A DNA stretch of 64,000 bases, taken from NCBI GenBank assembly GCA_963780685.1, contig CAWACZ010000012.1, positions 195,238-259,237 of the forward strand, read 5' to 3'. The notes beneath the pieces were generated by a model. That model searched no databases. It saw only the letters and a list, made by a program, of their open reading frames with translations, and was not told where the DNA came from. This document shows positions 41,378-51,000 of this stretch, in pieces. The stretch's first letter is position 1; each line of letters opens with the position of its first letter. A program made the position numbers and the translations under genes. The DNA comes from an uncultured Acidobacteriota bacterium (GTDB taxonomy: Bacteria; Acidobacteriota; Vicinamibacteria; Vicinamibacterales; CAVVIG01).

Positions 41378-41872
41378 ATGACAATGAAGGTAGCGATTCG
41401 ACGGTCCATTGCTCCCGCTCTGATCGTTGTCGTCACGACCATGCTTTCCGCGTGGGCCAGCCAGGCTGCGGCGCAAACGGCTCAGAAGACGCTGTACGAC
41501 CGGCTCGGGGGCGCGTACAGCATCGCGACGGTTGTGGACGACTTCATCGAGCGCTTGCTCGTCAACGCAACACTCAACGCCAATCCCGCCATCAACGCCG
41601 CGCGGGCACGAGTCCCGAAAGCAGGCTTGAAATTCCAAGTTACGGCGCTCGTGTGCGAGGTCACCGGTGGTCCATGCAGGTACACGGGCCGAGCGATGAA
41701 GGAGTCACATGACCATCTCAACATCACGCAGGCTGAGTGGGATGCAATGGTCGCAGATTTCAGACGGACATTAGAACAGTTCAAGGTACCGCAGCAGGAA
41801 CAGCAGGAATTGATCGCGATCGTCGGCAGCACGAAGAAGGACATCGTCAAGTCGGCGACCGCCAGCCGATAG
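41378..41872 (+). CDS. Truncated hemoglobin (group I-like) with an N-terminal signal peptide
   Basis: MTMKVAIRRSIAPALIVVVTTMLSAWASQAAA, then KTLYDRLGGAYSIATVVDDFIERLL...MKESHDHLNITQAEWDAMVADFRRTLEQFKVP. Confidence 0.8.
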   Translation: MTMKVAIRRSIAPALIVVVTTMLSAWASQAAAQTAQKTLYDRLGGAYSIATVVDDFIERLLVNATLNANPAINAARARVPKAGLKFQVTALVCEVTGGPCRYTGRAMKESHDHLNITQAEWDAMVADFRRTLEQFKVPQQEQQELIAIVGSTKKDIVKSATASR

Positions 41873-41885
41873 CACAGGTGCGATC

Positions 41886-42635
41886 ATGATTTTTCGACCT
41901 TTCTACTATTTCGACCTCGGCTGCGCCGCCTACCTCTTCGGCTGCGGCACGCTCGGCAAATGCGCAGTAGTAGACGCGCGCACCGACGACGTGGAGGCCT
42001 ATGCCGCTTTCGCGACCGCCAAGAACATGCACATTACGCACGTCATCGACACGCACGTCCATGCCGATCATCGATCGGGCGGGCCGGAGCTGGCCCGACG
42101 AACCGGAGCCAGCTACTGCCTGCACGAATCGGCGGACGTGAGGCTGCCATTCACGCCTCTGCAAGATGGACAACAGATCGAGTTGGGAAATACAAGGGTC
42201 ACCGTACTGCACACGCCGGGACATTCACCGGAAAGCATCTGCTTGGTCGTCACCGACCTCAGGCGAGGGCCAGCTCCCTGGTTTGTCCTGACGGGTGACA
42301 CGCTGTTTGTGGGAGCCGTCGGACGACCCGATCTTCCCGGCCATGCCGAGGAAAATGCCGGACAGCTGCACGCGAGTATTCACCAGAAGCTGCTGACCCT
42401 GCCCGGCGACGTGGAGATCTACCCGGGGCACTTCTCGGGCTCGGTGTGTGGCACCGGATTGAGCGGCAAACCGACGAGCACGATAGCGTTCGAACGACGC
42501 TGGAACCCGATGTTGTCGCTGGAGCAGAGCGCGTTCATTGCGGCACTCAGCGATGTACCGCCCAAACCCGAGGCCATGGAGCGCATCCTCGCGTCCAATC
42601 GTGGTCTTCGTGAGGAGACAGAGATCTCCGTATGA
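41886..42635 (+). CDS. MBL-fold hydrolase (glyoxalase II / persulfide-dioxygenase-like)
   Basis: YLFGCGTLGKCAVVDA...ITHVIDTHVHADHRSGG...VLHTPGHSPESICLVV...FTGDTLFVGAVGRPDLPG...IYPGHFSGSVCG. Confidence 0.85.
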   Translation: MIFRPFYYFDLGCAAYLFGCGTLGKCAVVDARTDDVEAYAAFATAKNMHITHVIDTHVHADHRSGGPELARRTGASYCLHESADVRLPFTPLQDGQQIELGNTRVTVLHTPGHSPESICLVVTDLRRGPAPWFVLTGDTLFVGAVGRPDLPGHAEENAGQLHASIHQKLLTLPGDVEIYPGHFSGSVCGTGLSGKPTSTIAFERRWNPMLSLEQSAFIAALSDVPPKPEAMERILASNRGLREETEISV

Positions 42636-43912
42636 TCGACGCCGTGGCGGCTCCTATTCAGATCCGCCTTGGCCTGCGCGAGAACGCCGCGCAATTCGCG
42701 CTGCTGGTCCTCGTCAACGCATTCGTTGGCGCGATGGTCGGCCTCGAGCGCAGCCTTCTCCCCGCCATCGCCGAGCACGACTTTCAGCTGGCTGCACGTA
42801 CAGCCGCGCTCTCGTTCATCGTAGTCTTCGGTCTGACCAAGGCGGCGACCAACTACGTCGCCGGCCGCCTCGCCGACCGTCTCGGACGCAAACAGATACT
42901 CATTGCCGGCTGGCTGGTCGCAGTGCCCGTCCCGTTCCTGCTGATGTGGGCGCCGAGTTGGGCGTGGATTCTGGTTGCGAACGGGCTGCTGGGCGTCAGT
43001 CAGGGATTCACCTGGTCGACGACCGTCATCATGAAGATCGATCTGGTTGGTCCGGCTCGCCGCGGCCTGGCGATGGGACTGAACGAGTTCGCCGGCTACG
43101 TCGCCGTCGCCGCGGCTGCGTTCGCCACGGGTGTCATTGCGGCGCGCACCGGTCTGCGGCCGCAACCGTTCTATCTGGGCGTCGCGTTTGTCGCGTTGGG
43201 CCTCGTCCTCTCGGCACTCGTTCGAGAGACGGCGCCGCACGCCGCATTGGAGGCACAGCAGCGCGGTTCGGCCCCAAGCCGCCTCGGCGCCCGAGAAGTC
43301 TTCTGGCGCACGACAGTTTCTGATCGCGACTTGTCTGCAGTGAGCCAGGCGGGTCTGGTGAACAACCTCAATGACGGGATGGCCTGGGGGCTCTTCCCAC
43401 TCTTCTTCGCCGCGGCAAGCATGGACTTCGCGCAAATCGGAGTGCTCGCCGCCATCTATCCGCTGACGTGGGGCGTGGGCCAGCTTGTGACGGGGGCCCT
43501 TTCCGACATGATTGGCCGCAAATGGCTCATCACCGGCGGGATGTGGATTCAGGCCGCAGCGATTGGTCTCGTCAGCGTCTCGACGGGGTTCGCGGGTTGC
43601 GCGGTCGGCGCCATCTTGCTTGGCGCCGGTACGGCGATGGTTTATCCAACGCTGCTCGCAGCGATCGGCGATGTGGCGCACCCGTCATGGCGGGCATCGG
43701 CCGTGGGCGTGTACAGATTGTGGCGAGATCTCGGCTATGCGATCGGCGCACTGTTGGCCGGCATCTGCGCCGACTGGTTGGGGCTGGCCGGCGCGATGCG
43801 AGTCGTGGCTGCCGTGACGCTCATCTCCGGCCTGGTGGTCGCGATCCGAATGGAAGAAACGCTGTCGCTCGGGAACCTCGGACACGCAGAACCCCTGAAC
43901 CCTGAACCTTGA
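42632..43912 (+). CDS. MFS transporter
   Basis: 426 aa, 12 predicted TM helices; GRLADRLGRKQILIAG motif. ATGA-type overlap with the MBL gene stop. Confidence 0.85.
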   Translation: MIDAVAAPIQIRLGLRENAAQFALLVLVNAFVGAMVGLERSLLPAIAEHDFQLAARTAALSFIVVFGLTKAATNYVAGRLADRLGRKQILIAGWLVAVPVPFLLMWAPSWAWILVANGLLGVSQGFTWSTTVIMKIDLVGPARRGLAMGLNEFAGYVAVAAAAFATGVIAARTGLRPQPFYLGVAFVALGLVLSALVRETAPHAALEAQQRGSAPSRLGAREVFWRTTVSDRDLSAVSQAGLVNNLNDGMAWGLFPLFFAAASMDFAQIGVLAAIYPLTWGVGQLVTGALSDMIGRKWLITGGMWIQAAAIGLVSVSTGFAGCAVGAILLGAGTAMVYPTLLAAIGDVAHPSWRASAVGVYRLWRDLGYAIGALLAGICADWLGLAGAMRVVAAVTLISGLVVAIRMEETLSLGNLGHAEPLNPEP

Positions 43913-43928
43913 ACCAGGAACCCGAGAG

Positions 43929-44334
43929 ATGCCCTGTTGCTCGACCTTCCAAGATGCAGCGGAACGGCAGTTCACCGAGAAGATTGCTCAACGAGATCTC
44001 ACCACCTATCGGCGGAACGGCGCGGGAGTCACGACTCGGCTGCTACGCGACGCGCTCGTCACGGCTGGGGCAACGAAACGGATCGCTCTTGGATGTCGGT
44101 GCCGGCATCGGCGCCCTGACGTTTGAGCTCCTCGAACTTGGCGTTGCGCGAGCGATCGCAGTCGAGGCTTCCGCGGCGTATGTAAGAGCGGCGTCCGAAG
44201 AGGCTGCGATCCCCGCAGTGGTACCGCCCGCCACCACCGCGGCCGGTCGCCCGGGCGTGCGGCGCGCGTCGGGGCCACCCGTAGCGGATCGGCCGGAAGC
44301 CTGGGGACGCGACCCGTGGAGCGGCGCGACGTGA
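43929..44334 (+). pseudogene. Class I SAM methyltransferase with N-terminal CC motif, frameshifted near 44075 and apparently truncated after about 44205
   Basis: MPCCSTFQDAAERQFTEKIAQRDLTTYRRNGAGVTTRLLRDALV, then in another phase GSLLDVGAGIGALTFELLELGVARAIAVEASAAYVRAASEEAA. No recognisable C-terminal half in any phase. Confidence 0.55.
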
Positions 44335-44338
44335 TCGG

Positions 44339-44887
44339 TCAACGAGGTGGTCGACGTCTGGCGACGCCGAGTTCGGCCAGCTTGGCTGCGACGGTCCGCC
44401 CGTGCGTCGCGGGGCTCACCTGTTTGTCGATATAGAGGATCCGGCCGTCGACGCCGATGTAGAAGGTCCAACGCGAAGCGAACGGTTGATCTTCATCAAC
44501 GACACCGTATGCCTTCGCGACGCTCTTGTCCGGATCGCTGAGCAGCGGATAGTCCACACCCAGGGACCGCGCGAAGGCCTGGTTGGCGTCCAGCTGGTCG
44601 ACGCTGGCGGCGAAATAGGCCACGTCGAACGCCCGAAAGTCGTCGCCACTCTCACGGAGTGACTTGCACTCGGCCGTTCAAGCGGGAGAGAACGCCTTCG
44701 CAAACCACGCGAGGACGACTGCCTGTTTCCCCTTGTAATCCGCAAGGGTGTACTGCTTCCCGTCAGACCCCCGCAGCGAGAACGAAGGGGCGACGTCACC
44801 CACCTTCAGTCCGCCTGCGGCAGTGACCGCTGTCGCCAACGCTACGGCCAAGGAAATCCAACCGGCCATCTTGGGTAAGACGCGCAT
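44339..44887 (-). CDS. Secreted peroxiredoxin/Bcp-like redoxin with in-frame UGA (candidate selenocysteine) at 44678-44680
   Basis: ORFs 44678..44887 and 44339..44623 share one phase. Joined read: signal peptide, GDVAPSFSLRGSDGKQYTLADYKGKQAVVLAWFAKAFSPA-TGA-TAECKSLRESGDDFRAFDVAYFAASVDQLDANQAFARSLGVDYPLLSDPDKSVAKAYGV. The peroxidatic Cys position (T/S-P-x-C) is the TGA. Confidence 0.8.
44645..44663 (-). promoter_or_regulatory. Candidate SECIS hairpin for the redoxin UGA
   Basis: Minus strand GUCACUC-CGUGA-GAGUGGC: a 7-bp stem including one G-U pair, starting 14 nt after the UGA. Confidence 0.45.
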
Positions 44888-44919
44888 GGGGCGTTACGAT
44901 ACCACTATCCGAGCTAGTC

Positions 44920-47588
44920 ATGTTAGTGGGGCCTGGCTCTCAAATTGGCGCCTATGAGGTGGTCGCTGCGATCGGCGCAGGCGGCATGGGCGAGGTGTAT
45001 CGCGCGCGCGATTCCAGGCTGAACCGCGACGTGGCGTTGAAGATCATCCGTCAGCCCCTGACCGACGCGGAGCACCTCGCCCGATTTCGCCGCGAAGCGC
45101 AGGTACTTGCCGCGCTCAATCACCCGCACGTCGCCAGCATTTACGAACTCGACGAAGCCGACGGCATGCTCTTCCTGGTGATGGAGCTCGTTCCCGGGCA
45201 GACGCTCGGCGATCTGCTGGCCAGCCGGCCCGCTCGATCTCTGGAAGTCACCGAAGCCCTCACAATCGCGCGGCAAATCGCCGAAGCCCTCGAAACAGCG
45301 CACGACAAGGGTATCGTCCACCGCGATCTCAAGCCAGCCAATATCAGGGTCACGCCGGACGGCGTCGTGAAGGTCCTGGACTTTGGTCTCGCGAAAGCGC
45401 TGTCGGGCGAGGCCGCCGAAGTGAATCTGACGAACTCGCCGACCCTTACCGTCGCTGCAACCAGTATCGGCATGATTCTCGGCACTGCGGGGTACATGTC
45501 TCCGGAACAGGCAAAGGGCCAGGTCGTCGACCGACGCACGGACGTCTTCGCATTTGGCTGCGTACTGTTACGAGATGCTCGCAGGACGGCCAGCGTTCAA
45601 GGGTGAGACGCTGGCGGAAATTCTGGCCGGCGTTCTGAAAACGGATCCGGATTGGAGTCGCCTGCCAGCCGGCACCTCGACGAACGTGACGCGCCTCCTG
45701 AACCGCTGTCTCCAAAAGGACATCAAGGCACGGCTGCGAGACATGGGCGATGCCCGGCTCGAGATCGAAGAGGCTCTCAATCGGCCTGCCATGACGACCG
45801 AGCTCGAGGCAAGCCCGACTGCCGCACGCAGCCTGCAAACGGAGTGGCCGCGGATGCTCGCGGTGGCGGCGGCGGGAGCGGTGGCGGGTGCGATTGCGAT
45901 GTGGAGCCTGAGGTCCGAGCCGCAGGTGCCAACGCTCCCCAGCGGACGCTTCGTCATTGCGCTGCCTGCGAACGAGAGACTCGCAGGGTTGGATTTTCCG
46001 TCGGTCGCGATCGCACCCGATGGATCGGTCATGGCGTACGTCGGGTCACGGAGCGGTCAATCACAGTTGTTCCTCCGGCCGATGAACGGCCTGGAGACAA
46101 CCGCCATTGACGGAACGACCAATGCGATTGCCCCGTTCTTCTCGCCGGACGGTCGATGGCTCGCGTTCTTTGCGGACGGCCAGCTCAAGAAAGTGCCGAC
46201 CGCGGGTGGGTCTCCGGTGACGCTCACCGAGGCGCGGGTCGGCGTCGGTGGCAGTTGGGGCGCCGGCGACACGATTGTGTTCGCAGCCGGAACGGGATCG
46301 GCACTTTCACGCGTGTCCGCCAATGGCGGCATGCCGGAGCGCGTGACGACCCTGGCGGCGGACAAAGGAGAGTTCAGCCATCGCTGGCCCGAGCTGCTGC
46401 CGGACGGCAAGACAGTCATCTACACCGTCGGTACCGCTCGGTCACTGGGACGACGCGCAGATCGTCGCGCAGAAGCTGGGCTCGCCAGAGCGTTCGGTGC
46501 TCGTGCAGGGCGGGACGAATCCTCGCTACCTCGCGTCAGGCCATCTGCTCTATGCGCGAGGCGGCGCAATCATGGCCGTGCCTTTCGATCCAGCCAGTCT
46601 CAAAACCTCAGGTACGCCCATCCGACTCCTGGAAAACGTCCTCCAATCGTTCGACGGCGCCGCACAACTGAGCGTGTCGCCATTGGGCACAGCGGTCTAC
46701 GTCACGGGTGAATTCGAATCGAACCGGCGGCGCCTCACAACCGTCGATCGCAGCGGCGTGGCCACGCCGTTTGCCGCTCCTCTTCAAGCTTACCGAGAGC
46801 CGCGACTGTCGCCCGACGGTCGAAAACTCCTGGTGACCATCGAAGGCTCGACCGAAGATCTCTGGGTCTACGACATGACCGCCGGGACGCTGAACCAGCT
46901 GACGTTCGGCGTCAACGCGGCCCTGCCAATTTGGACGCCCGATAGCCAACGCGTGACGTTCAGCTCGAACGCGGGCGGAACGCCAAATCTGTTTTGGACG
47001 ACGATCGGTCAGCAGAGGGCGGCGGAACGGTTGGCGACCAGCGACAACATCCAGTTGCCGGGGTCGTGGTCTCCCGACGGACGTACGCTGGCGTTCGTCG
47101 AACGACACCCCAGCACGGGCCGCGACATCTGGCTTCTGCGGCTGGACGAAGACCGCGAGGCCCGGCCGTTCCTCACTTCGCCATTCGACGAAAGCGCGCC
47201 GCGCTTCTCACCGGATGGCCGTTGGATCGCGCACGTCTCCAACGAATCAGGACGTGACGAAGTGTTCGTTCGGTCTGTGGCTGACTCCGGCCGCAAACTG
47301 CAGCTGTCGGACGGCGGTGGGACCGAGCCGGTCTGGGCGCGAGATGGAAGCGAGATCTTCTATCGTGTCGGCACCAGGCTGATGGCCCTGCTGATGGCCG
47401 ACGGCCGTCCGGCTCGCGGCGCGCAGCCCCGTCAGCTCTTCGAAGGCGAGTTCGAAAAAGGCTCGATGGATGCCGCCGACTACGACGTGACGCCGGACAA
47501 CCAACGCTTCGTGATGATCGGCGGCAGTGGCACATCGACCGATCACGCAACCATTCACGTCCTCATCAATTGGCGTCTTATTCCTTGA
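44920..47588 (+). CDS. Ser/Thr protein kinase with TM segment and TolB-like WD40 beta-propeller repeats; apparent 1-nt insertions near 45568 and 46440
   Basis: GAYEVVAAIGAGGMGEVYRA...HRDLKPANI...DFGLAK...GTAGYMSPEQ. After the TT at 45568-45569 it reads YEMLAGRPAFKG. PD40-like repeats follow: FFSPDGRWLAF, RLSPDGRKLL, WSPDGRTLAF, RFSPDGRWIAHVS. Confidence 0.8.
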
Positions 47589-47925
47589 CCTTTGCCTTAT
47601 ACGGAGAAGGCCCCTGGGGCCCCGGCGCGGTGTCGACCGCGCCAATCAGACTCTGCACCGTGGCCTCGCGCGGGTCGTAGGTCACGACCGCCTCGTGATT
47701 CTCGAGCGTCACCCGGGCGCGCGTGACGCCTTTGACCTCTAACAGTGCGGACCGCACTGCGGCAATGCAGCCCTCTCATATCATTCCGTCAACGACGAGC
47801 GTCACCGTCGCGGACGCCGAATCCGCCGTGGGCTCCTGTTGGGCCGGTGATTGACCGGCCCCGCATCCGGCAACCAGCAGCCCGACGAACACCAACAACT
47901 CTCGCCGTGAAGGTGGCAGTCTCAT
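47578..47925 (-). CDS. HMA (heavy-metal-associated) domain lipoprotein with in-frame UGA replacing the first Cys of GMxCxxC (candidate selenocysteine, tca 47776-47778)
   Basis: SD AGGAGG 8 nt before ATG 47925. MRLPPSRRELLVFVGLLVAGC (lipobox) GAGQSPAQQEPTADSASATVTLVVDGMI-TGA-EGCIAAVRSALLEVKGVTRARVTLENHEAVVTYDPREATVQSLIGAVDTAPGPQGPSPYKAKVKE* = 116 codons in one phase. Both halves are too short or M-less to appear in the ORF track. Confidence 0.75.
47743..47759 (-). promoter_or_regulatory. Candidate SECIS hairpin for the HMA UGA
   Basis: Minus strand CAGUGC-GGUCC-GCACUG: a 6-7 bp perfect stem with a GGU-containing loop, starting 16 nt after the UGA. Confidence 0.5.
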
Positions 47926-48051
47926 GGGGAGCCCTCCTGCGAAAACCGCCGACCGGACGATCGCTCCGGCGTGTCGTCCGTGATGGGGCTAATCCTACTC
48001 AATTCTCGCGACCTACAGGCGCATCGGCTTCAAAAGGATCGTCATTCACGC

Positions 48052-51000
48052 TCAGCCGCCGAGGCGGCCATATTTCAGGTAAAGAGTGGGCACGACGAAC
48101 ATGTTCAGTAACGTCGACGTCACTAGGCCGAATAGGATGACGATCGCCATCGGCGTCTGAATCTCACTACCCGCCCTGCCGCCGCCCACTGCCAGCGGAA
48201 TCAGCGCCAGTCCTGCGGCCATGGCGGTCATGACGATCGGAATGAGACGTTCGCACGTGCCCCGCTCGATAGCTTCGCGGAAGTCGGTCACGCCTTCCTG
48301 CTCCATCAGATGACGAACGTGCGAAACGAGCATGATGCCATTGCGCGTCGCAATCCCGAATAACGTGATGAAACCGATCATCGACGCCACGCTCAGGACG
48401 CCGCCCGACAGGTAAACGCCAACGACCCCGCCAATCAGCGCCAGTGGCAGGTTCACCATCACGAGGAGCGCGTCGCGCGCTTGCCCGAACGCGAGCACGA
48501 GCAGCATGAAGACTCCTACGACGACGCCTGCCCCGAGGACCAGCAGCCGACGTGACGCGCTTTGCTCGCTCTCGAACTGCCCGCCATATTCGACCCGATA
48601 GCCGGCCGGCAGCGAGACGGCAGCGGCAATCGTCGCTCGCATGTCCTCGACGACGCTCCCCAGGTCCCGGCCGGCGACGTTGCTCGAGATCACGATACGA
48701 CGCTGCACGTTTTCCCGCTGGATCATGTTCGGTCCGCGTTCCCGCCGGACATCGGCAAGCACTCGAATAGGGACCGGCCCGCTATTCGGTGTGTCGATGG
48801 GCAACCCTGCCAGACGGTCGAAATCGGCCTGCGCCGCTGGATCAAACTTCACCACGATGTCGAACGCCGTGGCTCGATCGAAGACGCGACCAACACGCGC
48901 TCCGGCAAAGCTCGTCTCTACCGCCTCGGCGACGTCATTGGGCCGCAGTCCGTAGCGGCCGATGGCCGTCCGATTCAGTACGAATCGCACGACCGGGACT
49001 TCTGTCTGCTGCTCCAGCGACACGTCGACGGCGCCCGGGATTCGAACCATGACATCCCGGACCTGCTCGCCGAGCCGTCGCAGCGTCAGCAAATCATCGC
49101 CAAAGATCTTCACCGCGATGTTGGCTCGCGTGCCCGACAGCATGTGGTCGATGCGATGCGAGATAGGCTGACCGATTGTCACGTTCGTGCCTGGGAGAGC
49201 CGAGAATCCCCGGCGGAGCTCCGCCAGCAACACCCCACGCGGGCGGCCGCCCTCCCGCAGTCCGACATCGATCTCGGCTGCTTCGACGCCCTGTACGTGT
49301 TCGTCATACTCGGCCCGGCCGGTACGGCGTGCGGTCGCCACGACCTCCGGCTGTGCCAGCAGGATCTGTTCGACACGGCGGCCAATCTCGTCCGATTTTG
49401 GAAGCGATGTACCCGGGAGTGTATTCGCCTGGACGGTCAACGACCCCTCATTGAATTCGGGAAGAAACGCGCTGCCCATGCGTGTCGTCGCCACGAGGGC
49501 GGCTGCCAGCAGGCTGCCCGCCACGACCACGATCAAACGCGGCCGATCGAGAGCCAGGGGCAGCGCTTTCGCAAACCGCGCCTTGAGCCACCGCGTCAGC
49601 CAGCCGTCGTGCCCCTGCAGGATCGACTTCGCGTTCGGCAAGAACGCGTAGGACAGCGCCGGTGTGACGATGATCGCCACACCCAGTGACGCCAGCAGCG
49701 CCACGATGTACGCGAATGCGAGCGGCGTCAGGAGCCGGCCTTCCACCCCGGACAGCCCGAAGACTGGCATGAATACGAGAACGATGATGACGGTCGCGAA
49801 CACAATCGAGGTCCGGATCTCGAGTGTCGCATCACACACGACGGCAGCAGCGGCCTGCTGCTCGCCCGGCGGCCTAACCGCGTTCTCGCGCAACCGTCGG
49901 ACTACGTTTTCCACATCGATGATCGCATCGTCGACCAACGCACCGATTGCGATGGCCATTCCTCCAAGCGTCATCGTGTTGATGGTCGCATCGAACGCCC
50001 GTAATACGAGAACGGCGGCGGCCAGCGACAACGGCATGGCGGTCAGCGTAATCGCCGCTGCCCGGAGGTTGGCGAGAAACAACACCACGATGAGGATGAC
50101 GAGCAGCGCGCCGTCGCGCAGGGCGTTGACGACGTTGTGGATCGCGACCTCGATGAAGTCAGCTTGCCGGAAGATGCGGCGATCGATCGTCATTCCGCGC
50201 GACAGCTCCCGTTGAATCGCATCGAGCTCGCGATCGAGTCGCGCGGTCAATTCAACAGTGTTGGCTCCTGGCTGTTTCTGTACGCCGACGATGACCGCGG
50301 GCTTCCCGTTGCGTGAACCCTCGCCCCGTTTCAGCGCACCACCTACGCGCACCTCGGCGATATCGCGGACCAACACCGAGCGGTCGCCGTGCAGTGTCAC
50401 GACGGTGTCGCCGATGTCGGCCGGCGTGCGCGCGCGCCCGATCGTCTCCAGCACGTACTCCTGCGGACCCTCCACATATATGCCAGCCGACGTGTTCTGG
50501 CTCGCGCCCCGCACGGCGTTCAGCAGCTCGTTGACACTGATGTTGTTGGCGCGGAGCTGATCTGGATGGACCACGACCTGAAACTGGCGTTCGGACCCGC
50601 CAATGGGTGTCACCTGCGACACACCGGCCACTGCGAGCAGCCGCCGTCGGACCAGGGTGTCCGCCATTGTGCGAAGAGTCAGCGGATCGTCAGCGTCCGA
50701 CGAAATCGCAAAAAACAGAATCTCGCCCATGATCGACGAGATTGGCGCCAGGATGGGCCGCTCGGCTTGTGGGGGGAGGCTACCGCCGACCAGCGCCAGC
50801 TTCTCGGCAACCACCTGACGCGCTCGAAAAATGTCGGTGCCCCAGTCGAATTCCACCCAGACGACCGCAATGCCAACGGCAGTTGCAGAGCGGACGCGCC
50901 GTACGTCGGACGCGCCGTTGATAGCGGCTTCGATCGGAAAGGTCACGAGCGTTTCCATCTCCTCGGGCGCCATGCCGCGTCCTTCGATGAGAATCGTGAC

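Noticed and set aside
42419-43681. 420-aa minus-strand ORF
   Set aside because: It is antisense to the 12-TM MFS transporter gene and has no recognisable motif.
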